DNA of 53,797 nucleotides from Candidatus Rokuibacteriota bacterium (GTDB lineage Bacteria > Methylomirabilota > Methylomirabilia > Rokubacteriales > CSP1-6): assembly GCA_003220595.1 (NCBI GenBank), contig QHSZ01000086.1, positions 1-53,797 of the forward strand. Direction: 5' to 3'. The stretch's first letter is position 1, and each line of letters opens with the position of its first letter. The position numbers and the translations under genes were made by a program. Below are positions 1 through 9,355 of this stretch, piece after piece. Under the pieces are notes generated by a model. It had not been told where the DNA came from, did no database searches, and saw only the letters and a list, made by a program, of their open reading frames with translations.

Positions 1-617
1 ATCCGGGCGTGGCCGGCTCCGCGGGCCTCGAGACGCTGGAGGACGTGTTCGACCTCACGCTGGCCTACGAGGAGCTGCTGGACGCCCTCGGCATCGGGAC
101 CGTGTCCCTGGTCGGCCACTTCTTCGGTGGGATGGTCGCCGCCGAGCTGGCCGCGGTCTTCCCCGAGCGCGTCGGGCGCCTGGTCCTCGTGTCGCCCCTC
201 GGCCTCTGGCGCGACGATGCGCCGTCGGAGGACCTCCTCATCCTCCCGCGCGAGGACCTGCCCGCCGTGCTCTTCCGCGATCCCGCCTCCGAGGCCGCAC
301 GGCGGTGGGCCGCGGGGCCCGCGAGCGAGGAGGAGAATCTCGCGGCGCAGATCGAGTCCATCCAGCGGCGCGCCGCGATGGCGAAGTTCGTCTGGCCGAT
401 CCCCGACAAGGGGATCAAGAAGCGCCTGCACCGGATCGCGGCGCCGACGCTCGTCCTCTGGGGCGACGCCGACCGCGCGAACCCGGTCGTGTACGCGGAG
501 GCCTGGCAGCAGCGCATCAAGGGCGCGGCGCTCTCGCTCCTGCCGGGCGGCCACATGGTGCTCCACGAGACGCCCGACGTCGCCGCCGCGGCGGTCGCGG
601 AGTTCGTCGGACGATGA
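1..617 (+). CDS. alpha/beta-fold hydrolase (5'-truncated by window edge)
   Basis: VGHFFGG nucleophile-elbow-like motif (usual Ser replaced by Phe), PTLVLWGDAD, GGHM C-terminal His; reading frame is open to the window start. Confidence 0.8.
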   Translation, partial: PGVAGSAGLETLEDVFDLTLAYEELLDALGIGTVSLVGHFFGGMVAAELAAVFPERVGRLVLVSPLGLWRDDAPSEDLLILPREDLPAVLFRDPASEAARRWAAGPASEEENLAAQIESIQRRAAMAKFVWPIPDKGIKKRLHRIAAPTLVLWGDADRANPVVYAEAWQQRIKGAALSLLPGGHMVLHETPDVAAAAVAEFVGR

Positions 618-1399
618 GTCTCGTCCCCGGCGCGGCCCTCGTCACCGGTGGCGGCTCGGGGATCGGGCGCGCAATCGCCGTGGCGCTCGGCGCCGCGGGC
701 GCGCCCGTGGCGGTCTTCGACCTCCTGCCCGACGGCGGGAAGGACACCGTCCAGGCGATCGAGGCCAAGGGCGGCCGGGCGTTCTTCGTCTCCGGCGACG
801 TCAGCCGCTGGGGCGACGTCGACGGCGCCGTCGCGGCGGCGGTTGGCCGGCTCGGCCCGCTCGCGATCATGGTGAACGCGGCGGGGATCCTCGACGGCTA
901 CGCCCGCGTCGACGAGCTGACGCCGGCCGTCTTCGAGCGCGTCGTCGCGATCAACCTCACCGGGACGTTCCACGGCTGCAAGCGCGCCCTCGCGGAGATG
1001 GCGCCGCGCGGCGCCGGGCGCATCGTCAACATCGCCTCGGTCGCCGGGCTCATCGGCGACGGCGGCGGCCCCGCCTACGTCGCCTCCAAGCACGGGGTCG
1101 TCGGGCTCACGCGCGTGCTCGCCGCGACCCACGCCGCCCAGGGCGTCACGGTGAACGCCATCTGCCCCGGCCCGATCGCGACGAGCCTCCGGCAGAATTC
1201 GACGCGGATCCTGGGGGCCGGGGCGCCGGTGATGCGCGGCATCGGCGGCGACGAGGCCGCCATCAAGGCCGTGACGCCGGCCGGGCGGCGCGGGACGGTG
1301 GAGGAGATCGCGGCGGCGGCCTGCTACCTGGCGAGCGAGGAGGCCGCCTACGTCACGGGACACACGCTCGTCATCGACGGAGGATGGACAGCGCGATGA
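614..1399 (+). CDS. SDR family NAD(P)-dependent oxidoreductase
   Basis: TGGGSGIG, VNAAG, YVASK catalytic motif, VNAICPG; ATGA overlap with the upstream gene. Confidence 0.92.
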   Translation: MSLVPGAALVTGGGSGIGRAIAVALGAAGAPVAVFDLLPDGGKDTVQAIEAKGGRAFFVSGDVSRWGDVDGAVAAAVGRLGPLAIMVNAAGILDGYARVDELTPAVFERVVAINLTGTFHGCKRALAEMAPRGAGRIVNIASVAGLIGDGGGPAYVASKHGVVGLTRVLAATHAAQGVTVNAICPGPIATSLRQNSTRILGAGAPVMRGIGGDEAAIKAVTPAGRRGTVEEIAAAACYLASEEAAYVTGHTLVIDGGWTAR

Positions 1400-2538
1400 T
1401 CAAACGATTCCACGTGCTCTACGTCGGCCAGGTCGAGCTCGACAACATCGGGTTGCAGGGCACGCCCGCCGATGCGCGGCGCTACGACAACGAGCGGCTG
1501 AGCGCGCCGTTCTTCGCCGCGCGCGACGTCGCCCAGCTGATGGACGAGCTCGGGTACTACGCCCTCTGGACGGCGGAGCACCACTTCCAGCGCGAGGGCT
1601 ACGAGTGCTTCCCGAACCTCATCCAGCTCTCGCTCTGGCTCGCCACCCTGACGCGGCGGCTCAAGCTCGGCTGCGCCTTCAACGTGGTCCCGATGTGGCA
1701 TCCGATCCGCCTGGCCGAGGACTACGCCATGGCGGACATCGTCACCGACGGGCGCGTGATCATGGGCGTGGGCCGCGGCTATCACTCGCGTGAGGTGGAG
1801 ACGTTCGACGCGCCCGTCATCGACCAGGCGGCGAACCGGGAGCTGTTCGAGGAGCAGATCGACCTCCTGCTCAAGTGCTTCAACGAGGAGGCGTTCAGCC
1901 ACCACGGCAAGCGCTACGACTGCCCGCCGGCGGTCGACTACCGCGGCTACCAGCTCACCGAGATCACGTGCGTGCCGCGGCCGAAGCACCTGCCCGTGGA
2001 GATCTGGATGCCGATCGCGAGCAGCAAGTCCATCGACTACATGGCGAGCAAGAACTTCAAGGCCATGGTGACCCTCAACGGCGAGAAGATCCTCGACGAC
2101 ATGGTGAAGGCGTACCGCGACGCCTGCGCGAAGCACGGCCATCGCAAGCAGCTCGGCGAGGACATGATCTGGGGCGCCGGGCTCTACCTCGCCGACACGC
2201 CCGAGGAGGCCAAGCGGCGCGTCGAGCCCTCGCATGACGAGCGCTACAAGTGGTTCGCGCCGTTCGGCTTCGTGCGCTACGCGGACGAGCAGGGGCGCAC
2301 GTGGGGCACGCCGGGCGCCCCCGCGCGCGTGCCCACGCTCGCCGACGGCATCAAGCAGAAGGCGTGGTTCTGCGGGCCGCCCGCGCACGTCATCGAGGGG
2401 ATCAAGTCCATCGAGGCGAAGTACCCGGGGCTCGAGGACTTCATGATCCACTGGGCGGAGGGCATCCCGCCGAAGGAGTTCAAGGAGCAGCTCCGCTGGT
2501 TCGCGCGTGACGTGATGCCCGCGTTCGACCGACGCTGA
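1396..2538 (+). CDS. LLM-class flavin-dependent oxidoreductase (luciferase-like monooxygenase)
   Basis: WTAEHHF, HPIRLAED, GRVIMGVGRGY motifs; ATGA overlap. Confidence 0.9.
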   Translation: MIKRFHVLYVGQVELDNIGLQGTPADARRYDNERLSAPFFAARDVAQLMDELGYYALWTAEHHFQREGYECFPNLIQLSLWLATLTRRLKLGCAFNVVPMWHPIRLAEDYAMADIVTDGRVIMGVGRGYHSREVETFDAPVIDQAANRELFEEQIDLLLKCFNEEAFSHHGKRYDCPPAVDYRGYQLTEITCVPRPKHLPVEIWMPIASSKSIDYMASKNFKAMVTLNGEKILDDMVKAYRDACAKHGHRKQLGEDMIWGAGLYLADTPEEAKRRVEPSHDERYKWFAPFGFVRYADEQGRTWGTPGAPARVPTLADGIKQKAWFCGPPAHVIEGIKSIEAKYPGLEDFMIHWAEGIPPKEFKEQLRWFARDVMPAFDRR

Positions 2539-2567
2539 CCACAGGCCGGGCGGCGTCGCGTGGCCTC

Positions 2568-2584
2568 ATACCCTCTGGGGGTAT
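2568..2584. promoter_or_regulatory. palindromic operator-like site ATACCCTCTGGGGGTAT (CsoR/RcnR-type resemblance)
   Basis: ATACCC...GGGTAT inverted repeat with a G/C tract; related half-site ATACCCCCTAGGG at 2654-2666. Confidence 0.4.
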
Positions 2585-2709
2585 TTCCCGGACGGCGGAG
2601 GACCCCCAAGCGATGGTGTTTTTTTCTTGCCTCCCCTCGTACATGTGGTAGTAATACCCCCTAGGGAAGTCAGGGTGCGGATGCCCGACCACCAAAGGAG
2701 GAGGAGGAC

Positions 2710-2868
2710 ATGGCGAAGGGCAGGAAGGCGTTCGGCGGGTACGCAATCAGCTTCAAGGGCTGCAAGGACTCCGTGGAGAAGGTCTTCGGGAGCGCGGCGA
2801 TCGGGCCGTCCGTGATGACCAAGAAGCTCTGGGCCTACGTGAAGCGGAAGAGGCTCGGCAAGAGGTAG
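2710..2868 (+). CDS. 52-aa basic small protein, partial SWIB/MDM2-like
   Basis: Strong SD (AAAGGAGGAGGAGG), GC3-rich codons and a downstream terminator; MAKGRKAFGGYAISFKGCKDSVEKVFGSAAIGPSVMTKKLWAYVKRKRLGKR; absent from the ORF track because it is short. Confidence 0.8.
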   Translation: MAKGRKAFGGYAISFKGCKDSVEKVFGSAAIGPSVMTKKLWAYVKRKRLGKR

Positions 2869-2890
2869 ACGGACGCCGTTCCACCGTCTC

Positions 2891-2924
2891 GGGCGGCTCG
2901 CGGTCGGCGAGCCGCCCTTTCTTT
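2891..2924 (+). terminator. intrinsic terminator
   Basis: Perfect 11-bp stem GGGCGGCTCGC/GCGAGCCGCCC followed by TTTCTTT. Confidence 0.85.
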
Positions 2925-2931
2925 GTGCCCT

Positions 2932-3582
2932 CTAGAGCGGGAGCTCGGCGAGGCTCGTGACGATCACATCGGCGCTGAGGCCGAGCTCCTCCGCGGGCGC
3001 GTCCTGCCGGTTGCACCACGCCACGCGGTAGCCGAACGCCTTCGCGCCCGCGACGTCCCACGCGTTCGACGAGACGAAGAGGAGCTCGCTGGCGGGGAGG
3101 GAGAGCGCCCGGGGCCCAAGCGCGTAGACCTGCGGCGCGGGCTTGTACGTCTTGACCGCGTCCACGGAGAGCACGTGCTCGAGGTGGCGACCGAGGCCGC
3201 TCGAGCGCACCGCGGCCTCGAGCATGGCCGGCGAGCCGTTCGAGAGGATCGCGCGCGGGCGCCCCGCCAGGCGCTCGAGGGCCGGCCTCACCTCGGGAAA
3301 GCACGCGAGCGAGTGATACGCCTCCATCAGCCGTCGCACGTCAGCCTCGCCCGCCTTCAGCTCGAGGCGCCGCAGCGTCCAGCGGAGCGCCGCCTCGGTC
3401 ACCGCGCCGAAGTCCTCGTAGCGCCCCATGAGCGCCCGGAGCCACGTGTACTCGAGCTGCTTCTGGCGCCACGTCGCCGAGAGCGCCGCCGGGTCGCGCG
3501 TGACCGCGCGCCCCGCCTCGACGACCGAGTGGACGTCGAAGAGCGTGCCGTAGGCGTCGAAGACGTAGCCGCGCACGGTCAC
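2932..3582 (-). CDS. haloacid dehalogenase type II (HAD superfamily)
   Basis: VFDAYGTL, WRQKQLEYTW, LSNG, YKPAP, VSSNAWD motifs. Confidence 0.92.
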   Translation of the reverse strand: MTVRGYVFDAYGTLFDVHSVVEAGRAVTRDPAALSATWRQKQLEYTWLRALMGRYEDFGAVTEAALRWTLRRLELKAGEADVRRLMEAYHSLACFPEVRPALERLAGRPRAILSNGSPAMLEAAVRSSGLGRHLEHVLSVDAVKTYKPAPQVYALGPRALSLPASELLFVSSNAWDVAGAKAFGYRVAWCNRQDAPAEELGLSADVIVTSLAELPL

Positions 3583-4496
3583 GGCGAGGCGGCGGCGCGG
3601 CGCCTGCGGGCGGGCTTCTTGGGCGGACGCTCACGCTCCTCGGGTGCCTGCTCGAGCCCGGTCTCGACGAACGCGTAGTGCAGGAGCTTCTTCGCGTCGA
3701 GGAACGACAGCCCGCGCGTACGCGAGCCGAGCACGATCATGACGAATTGCTGTTGACCCCGCCACACCGAGACGGCCAGGTTGTAGCCCGCCTCGCGCGT
3801 GAAGCCGGTCTTGAGCGCCTGGACGCCGACCGGGTCGTTGAAGAGCGGGATGTGCCGCACGTGGACGCGGCCGTTGAAGACGAAGGTCTGGCCCCCGAGC
3901 AGGATGCGCGCGTCCGGATAGTCGTGGAGGAGGCGCGTGGTGAGCACGGCGAGGTCGCGGGCGCTGCTGCGCTGGGACGGGTCGGGCAGCCCGTGGGCGT
4001 TCGCGAACCGCGTGGCCGGGAGGGCGAGTTCCCGGGCCTTCGCGTTCATCCGCTCGACGAACGCCGCCTCGTCGCCCGAGAGGCGCTCGGCGAGCGCCGT
4101 CGCGGCGTCGTTCGCCGACGCGATCGCGACCCCCTCGAGCAGGACGCGCAGCGGCACCCACGCGCCCGCGCGGAGGCCCATGCGGTACTTCGGCGTCATC
4201 GCGGCGTAGTGGCTGACCTGGACCGGCTCCTCGATATCCACCTTGCCGCGGTCGAGGTCCTCGTAGGCGAGGTAGAGCGTCATGAGCTTGACGAGGCTCG
4301 CCGGTGCCCGCTCGTCCTCGGCGTTCTTGGCGAAGAGCACGCGTCCCTCGGGATCGACGACGAGCGCCGAGCCGGCGCTGACTATGACGGGGCGGCCGTT
4401 GGGCGAGGGCGGCTGGAGGGCCTGTGCAGACGCGAGGAGAGGAGCCAGGAGGGCGGCGAGCGCCACCAGCACGGCGAGTGATCGTGTCGGAGGCAC
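3579..4496 (-). CDS. D-alanyl-D-alanine carboxypeptidase (peptidase S11)
   Basis: Signal peptide; SLVK (SxxK), SAN (SxN) and KTG motifs. Confidence 0.9.
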   Translation of the reverse strand: MPPTRSLAVLVALAALLAPLLASAQALQPPSPNGRPVIVSAGSALVVDPEGRVLFAKNAEDERAPASLVKLMTLYLAYEDLDRGKVDIEEPVQVSHYAAMTPKYRMGLRAGAWVPLRVLLEGVAIASANDAATALAERLSGDEAAFVERMNAKARELALPATRFANAHGLPDPSQRSSARDLAVLTTRLLHDYPDARILLGGQTFVFNGRVHVRHIPLFNDPVGVQALKTGFTREAGYNLAVSVWRGQQQFVMIVLGSRTRGLSFLDAKKLLHYAFVETGLEQAPEERERPPKKPARRRRAAASP

Positions 4497-4501
4497 CTCG
4501 T

Positions 4502-4771
4502 TCAGCGGACCGCCTGCTTCAATTCCTTCGACGGCTTGAAGCGCGGCACGCGGCCGCCGACGGTGACGGACTGGCCCGTTCTTGGATTTTTCGTCGTGCG
4601 CGGCTTGCGGCGAGCGACGGAAAAGGTGCCGAAGCCGACCAGGGTCACGGAGTCGCCGCGCTTGAGCGAGGCGCGCACGCCCGCGAGCATGGCCCGGACG
4701 GCCCGCTCCGTCGCCGCCTTCGGCCAGCCCGCGGCCTGCGCCATCCGCACGACGAGATCGGCCTTGGTCAT
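4502..4771 (-). CDS. hup: HU family DNA-binding protein
   Basis: MTKADLV...VTLVGFGTF...KNPRTG...PRFKPSKELK. Confidence 0.92.
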   Translation of the reverse strand: MTKADLVVRMAQAAGWPKAATERAVRAMLAGVRASLKRGDSVTLVGFGTFSVARRKPRTTKNPRTGQSVTVGGRVPRFKPSKELKQAVR

Positions 4772-4775
4772 CCCG

Positions 4776-5273
4776 CTACATGCCGAACGTGGCGCGCGCC
4801 TCGTCCAGCACCGCCTCGGTGATGGACGCGTGGCCCTTGTCCTCGGCGTACCGCTCGATCGCCCGCCGGGCCATCGGCCGGATGAACGACGGTATGCGCT
4901 CGATGCGCGCCTCGGCCTCGGGTGTCCACACGACGCCGGACGGCGCCGCCGCGGCGCCCTCGTTGAGCGTCGCCGCGAAGGGGCAGCTCGGCCCCTCGCT
5001 CGCGGCGCCACCGGCGGGCGTGCCCTCGAACGCGTCGGGCCGCGCGTGCGCGAGCGAGCTCCGCAGGTGCTCGAACGGCTCGACGGGCGCGGCCCGGCCG
5101 CCGACCTTCACGCCGAGGCTTCGCACCATCTGCGTCTCGAACGGATTCGTGAGCATCGCGACGCGGAAGCCGCACTCCGGACAGCGGAACGTGACGCTGA
5201 GCGAGCCCTCCTCGGGTCCCTCCGTCGAGTGGAGCTTCATCGGTTGGTCGCAGTCGAGGCATAGGAACTTCAT
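4776..5273 (-). CDS. Zn-ribbon protein with C-terminal PCP_red-like domain
   Basis: CLDC and CPEC pairs; C-terminal WTPEAEARIERIPSFIRPMARRAIE resembles the BchB/ChlB C-terminal (PCP_red) domain. Confidence 0.7.
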   Translation of the reverse strand: MKFLCLDCDQPMKLHSTEGPEEGSLSVTFRCPECGFRVAMLTNPFETQMVRSLGVKVGGRAAPVEPFEHLRSSLAHARPDAFEGTPAGGAASEGPSCPFAATLNEGAAAAPSGVVWTPEAEARIERIPSFIRPMARRAIERYAEDKGHASITEAVLDEARATFGM

Positions 5274-5285
5274 GACCGCGCCATT

Positions 5286-5597
5286 CTAGCAGAAGCGGTC
5301 GCCGCGTGTCCGGCCGGCGCGGAGCGGCGGCCACGTCCGCCGCGCGGCGGCCGTCTGCATGAGCGCGACGGCGAGCGCGGCGAACGTGAACGCGAGCCAA
5401 TGACGCGTGAGCACGCCGCGCAGCGCGACCACGGAGAGGAACACGTACGCGGCGAAGCGCGCGCGGGGATGGCGACGCCAGAGCAGGAACGCGATCACCG
5501 GCGCCGCGAGCCCCGAGACCCACCAGCGCGCGAGGCCGAGCGCGAGGACCGCGTAGACGAGCAGCGCCGCGGGGAGGAGGCGGACGACGGGGCCCAC
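5286..5597 (-). CDS. small membrane protein
   Basis: Several hydrophobic segments; TATACT lies 7 nt upstream of the GTG. Confidence 0.6.
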   Translation of the reverse strand: MGPVVRLLPAALLVYAVLALGLARWWVSGLAAPVIAFLLWRRHPRARFAAYVFLSVVALRGVLTRHWLAFTFAALAVALMQTAAARRTWPPLRAGRTRGDRFC

Positions 5598-5673
5598 CGG
5601 CAGCAGTATACGCGTCGCCCGGCCGGCCTCGCCTGGCGGGCCCGCACCGAATGCTTTATAGTGAGGCTCCGGT

Positions 5674-5748
5674 GCCGGTGTAGCTCAGTGGCAGAGCAGC
5701 TGATTCGTAATCAGCAGGTCGCGGGTTCAAGTCCCGCCGCCGGCTCCA
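5674..5748 (+). tRNA. tRNA-Thr (anticodon CGT)
   Basis: GCCGGTG/CGCCGGC acceptor stem, AGCTCAGTGGCAGAGC D arm, anticodon arm CTGATTCGTAATCAG with CGT in the loop, GGTTCAAGTCC T arm, encoded CCA. Confidence 0.97.
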
Positions 5749-5925
5749 CCCCCCCACCGCTCCTCCCTTGGACCGTCCGGACGAAGAATTCATCGTTTCA
5801 GCGAGCGACACGCAGCGTAAGGTGGTCCCATCCGCATCCCGCTGGATGCGTGGCGGCTCAATAGCCCGGAGTTGGCGTGGCGTAGTCATGCGGCGCGCGA
5901 CGTCGCGTGACGGAAGGGAGACCAC

Positions 5926-6129
5926 ATGGCATACGGCAAGACGCGAAGCATGGCGGCGCGGGTGGCGGCGTTGCTCGGGTGCCTGTGCGGAATCCTGGGG
6001 TTTCTCGCGGGAGCGACCGAACATACGTGGAAGTTGGGCCTCGTGGGTTGGTTCTTGGGCGGGGCCCTGCTCACGCTGCTGGGGGTGTTCATGCTGATCG
6101 ACGGTGCCGTCGCCGGTCAGCGTCGGTAG
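5926..6129 (+). CDS. 67-aa two-TM membrane protein
   Basis: SD GGAAGGGAG; two hydrophobic helices. Confidence 0.6.
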   Translation: MAYGKTRSMAARVAALLGCLCGILGFLAGATEHTWKLGLVGWFLGGALLTLLGVFMLIDGAVAGQRR

Positions 6130-6236
6130 GATTCGAGCATCGGGGGTTGCAGTTCTCGCCCGGATCTGCCACGTTTTCGCAGGGGCGCGGCTCCAGATCA
6201 GACGCGCGCGTCCACTCCCACCGCACGGAGCGAGAG

Positions 6237-6638
6237 ATGAGCGATCTGGGTCGTCGCGAAGAGATCAGGGTTCCGGGGATGTCCGAGCCCATCAGCCACT
6301 TCACCCACGTCGTCAAGGCGGGGCGCCTCGTCTTCGTCTCGGGCTGCGTCGCGACGGACGCCCAGGGGCGCACCGTCGGCGGCGGCGACGTCCTCGCACA
6401 GGCCCGCCAGGTGCACGAGAACCTCAAGACGTGCCTCGCCGCGGCGGGCGCCACGTTCGCCGACGTGTGCAAGGTCACCGTCTTCCTCAGGAACGTCGCC
6501 GACCGGGAGAAGGTCAACGTCGTCCGTCAGGAATACTTCGGCGCGCACCGCCCGGCCAGCACGCTGGTCGAGATCTCACGCCTCGTGCGTGAGGACCTGC
6601 TGGTGGAGATCGAGGCGACCGCCGTGTTGCCCGGATGA
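6237..6638 (+). CDS. RidA/YjgF family protein
   Basis: LVFVSG, KVTVFL, RPASTLVEISRL...LVEIEATA. Confidence 0.9.
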   Translation: MSDLGRREEIRVPGMSEPISHFTHVVKAGRLVFVSGCVATDAQGRTVGGGDVLAQARQVHENLKTCLAAAGATFADVCKVTVFLRNVADREKVNVVRQEYFGAHRPASTLVEISRLVREDLLVEIEATAVLPG

Positions 6639-8521
6639 GCGGCGAGGTCGCCCCGCTCCTCGGCCGGGCGCGTGCGCTCGCCGCGCAGGGGCGCTGGGGC
6701 GACGCCGAGGCGGCGTTCCGCGAGGCGCTCGCTCGCCGGCCCGACGATGCCCCGGCGCACGTGGGGCTCGGCCTCGCCCTGCGCCGTCAGCGCCGCGCCG
6801 ACGAGGCGGAGGCCGCGTTTCGCCGCGCGGTGGCGCTCGCGCCCCGGAGCGCGTCGGCGCACGCCGAGCTCGGCGGCGCCCTCTTCGAGCAGGCGCGGTA
6901 CGCCGACGCGGCCGCGGCGTTCACGGAAGCCGCCCGCCTGCGCCCCGATTTCGTGAAAGCGCACGTGAGCCTGGGCCTGGCGCTCGCGCGTCAGGCGGCC
7001 TGGGCTGCGGCCGAGACGGCGCTCCGCGAGGCGCTCCGCTTGAAGCCCGGCGATCGGACGGCCCGCGCCAACCTCGGGACGGTGCTGCGCCGCCAGCGGC
7101 GCCCGGCGGAGGCCGAGGCGATCCATCGCGACGCCGCGCGGCGCGACCCGGCGGCGCGGGTCGAGCTGGCCGTCGCGCTCTACGAGCAGGGACGGTACGC
7201 CGAGGCCGCCGTGACGTTCCGCGAGACGCTCAGCGAGCGGCCGCGCGACGCGAAGGCGCGCCTCGGCTGGGGCCTGGCTCTCGAGCGGCAGGGCCGCCTC
7301 GTCGAGGCGATCGCCGCGTACCGCGAGGCGGTGCGCCTGCGTCCCGACGCCGCGCACCTCCACCAGCGACTCGGCCTGGCGCTCCGACGCTGCCACCGCT
7401 ACGCCGAGGCCGTGACGGCCTTCCGCGAGGCGACCCGCCGCGCGCCGCGCGACGCGCGCTCCCACCACCACCTCGCCGTGGCGCTCGAGCGTCACGGCCG
7501 TTACGACGAGGCGGCCGCGGCGTTCCGCGCGGCGATCCGGCTCCGTCCCGGGCACGTGCCCTCGTACGTTGGCCTCGCGGTGACGCTGCGGCGACAGGGC
7601 CGATGGGCGGAGGAGGCGGCCACGTACGCGGAGGCGCTCCGGCTCGAGCCCGACGACGCCGATCTGCTCACGGGCCGCGGGCTCGCGCTCGGCGCGGCCG
7701 GCGACTACGCGGCCGCCGCCGAGGCGTTCCGCCGGGCGCTCGGGCTCCGACCCGACGACGGCGACCTCCACTACGAGCTCGGCGTGGCCCTCGGTCGCCA
7801 GGGACGACACGCGGACGCGGAGACGGCGCTGCGCGAGGCGGTGCGCCTGCGGCCCGAGTCGCTCAAGGCGCGCGCCAACTTCGCGCTCGGCCTCGGGCGG
7901 CAAGGCAAGCACGCCGAGGCGGAGGCGGCCTACCGCGAGGCGCTCGGGCTCCGGCCGCGGCACCCCGTGCTCCACCGCGGGCTCGGCGTGTCGCTCTACT
8001 GGCAAGGACGCCACGACGAGGCGGAGCGCGCGTTCCACCAGGCGATCCAGCTCAGGCCCGCCTACGTGCGCGCCCACTGTGACCTCGGCGAGATGTTCGT
8101 CGAGCGCCAGCGCTGGGCGGAGGCCGAGGCCGCATACCGAGCCGCCGTGCGCATCAAGCCCGCGTCCGTGACGGCGCAGGCGGGGCTCGCCGGGGCGCTC
8201 CTGGCGCTCGGGCGCGCCGACGAGGCGGAGGCCGCGTGCCGCGAGGCGCTCCGGCTCGACGGGGACGAGGCGCGCGCGCACTTCGTCCTCTGGGACGCGC
8301 TCGAGGCGCAGGGGCGCTTCCGCGAGCTCGGCGAGGCCGCGCGCGCCGTCCTGGGGCGCCGGCCCGATCACGCCGACGCCCACGCCCGGCTCGGGCGCGC
8401 GCTCGACGAGGAGGGACGCTGGGACGAGGCGCGCGCGGCGTACGAGACGGCGGTGCGCCTCAATCCTGGCGTGACGCGGTTCCGCGAGGGGCTCGCGCGG
8501 GTCTCAGCGAAGCTGAAGTAG
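6635..8521 (+). CDS. tetratricopeptide repeat protein
   Basis: Continuous ~34-aa repeats of the form LGxALxxQGRxxEAxAAYREAxRLRP. Confidence 0.92.
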   Translation: MSGEVAPLLGRARALAAQGRWGDAEAAFREALARRPDDAPAHVGLGLALRRQRRADEAEAAFRRAVALAPRSASAHAELGGALFEQARYADAAAAFTEAARLRPDFVKAHVSLGLALARQAAWAAAETALREALRLKPGDRTARANLGTVLRRQRRPAEAEAIHRDAARRDPAARVELAVALYEQGRYAEAAVTFRETLSERPRDAKARLGWGLALERQGRLVEAIAAYREAVRLRPDAAHLHQRLGLALRRCHRYAEAVTAFREATRRAPRDARSHHHLAVALERHGRYDEAAAAFRAAIRLRPGHVPSYVGLAVTLRRQGRWAEEAATYAEALRLEPDDADLLTGRGLALGAAGDYAAAAEAFRRALGLRPDDGDLHYELGVALGRQGRHADAETALREAVRLRPESLKARANFALGLGRQGKHAEAEAAYREALGLRPRHPVLHRGLGVSLYWQGRHDEAERAFHQAIQLRPAYVRAHCDLGEMFVERQRWAEAEAAYRAAVRIKPASVTAQAGLAGALLALGRADEAEAACREALRLDGDEARAHFVLWDALEAQGRFRELGEAARAVLGRRPDHADAHARLGRALDEEGRWDEARAAYETAVRLNPGVTRFREGLARVSAKLK

Positions 8522-9235
8522 CCGGTGGAACTCCTCGAGGTCGCGCCGCGGCGCGTCGGGGCGCTTGCGCACGAGCTCGTAGACGCCGGCCGGATCGTTC
8601 TCGATCCCCCGGCTCGCGCGCGCGAAGACGCGGACGAGGAGCCGGGCCTCCTTCTCGGCCTTCGCGGCCGCCGCGGCCTTGGCGAAGCGCCCCGCCCACT
8701 CGAGCAGGCGGCTGTCGAGCTTCACGAAGCCCGTGACCGTCGTCGTGATGAGGCTCCGGCTGTCGGGCGCCGGCTGTGCCACGTACTCGATGACGACCAC
8801 GGCCTGACCGTTGATCGTCGGCAGGAGCCAGGGCTTGTACTGGCCGCGTGCGTACATCACCCGCGTCCCGTTCGTCGCGTGCACGACCGAGAAGCGGCCC
8901 GTCGCGCCCCAGCCGTCGTCGAGCCAGAGGCCGTCGTCCTCGCGCCAGATCCGGTAGCGCGCGAGCTTCAGCGCGCGCGTGACGTGGGTCGCGAGCTCGG
9001 GATGGTCGAGGAGGTACTCGAAGACGTCGCGCCGCGTGATGAAGGGCTCGCCGTCGGCGCGCGTCGCGACCGACGCCTGCTCGGTGACCTGCTGGAGCTG
9101 CAGCCGCTCGGCCGGGGGCAAGTCGGCGGGCAGCGTGGGGGCGGGCCGGGCCGCGAGCGCGCTTCCCGCGAGGCCCAGGAGCGCCGCGGCGCCGGCGAGC
9201 AGGAGGTGGAGCCTCGGGCGGCGCCGGTTCGGCAC
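8504..9235 (-). CDS. exported hypothetical protein
   Basis: Signal-peptide-like N-terminus, globular composition, typical codon usage. Confidence 0.7.
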   Translation of the reverse strand: MPNRRRPRLHLLLAGAAALLGLAGSALAARPAPTLPADLPPAERLQLQQVTEQASVATRADGEPFITRRDVFEYLLDHPELATHVTRALKLARYRIWREDDGLWLDDGWGATGRFSVVHATNGTRVMYARGQYKPWLLPTINGQAVVVIEYVAQPAPDSRSLITTTVTGFVKLDSRLLEWAGRFAKAAAAAKAEKEARLLVRVFARASRGIENDPAGVYELVRKRPDAPRRDLEEFHRLLQLR

Positions 9236-9261
9236 GGTCGAAGCCCATTATGTCATGGCGC

Positions 9262-9290
9262 TTGACGCGGCATCGCCCCGTCCGTAGGCT
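9262..9290 (+). promoter_or_regulatory. putative sigma70-type promoter
   Basis: TTGACG-N17-TAGGCT upstream of the gene at 9356. Confidence 0.5.
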
Positions 9291-9355
9291 CGGGACCACG
9301 CCCGAGAGCGTTCACCACGATTCGGCGCCCCGGTCGGGGCCGAGAGGGCAGGGCG

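Noticed and set aside
127-1395. Long N-terminal extensions in the ORF track (803-aa LLM, 1332-aa Wzc, 699-aa TrpA and others)
   Set aside because: The extensions overlap upstream genes in another frame; true starts were placed at the stop/start overlaps.
5749-6236. Genomic island or prophage integrated at tRNA-Thr
   Set aside because: No integrase was seen, nor any repeat of the tRNA 3' end in the window.
6635-8521. ~102-bp periodicity
   Set aside because: Explained by TPR protein repeats.
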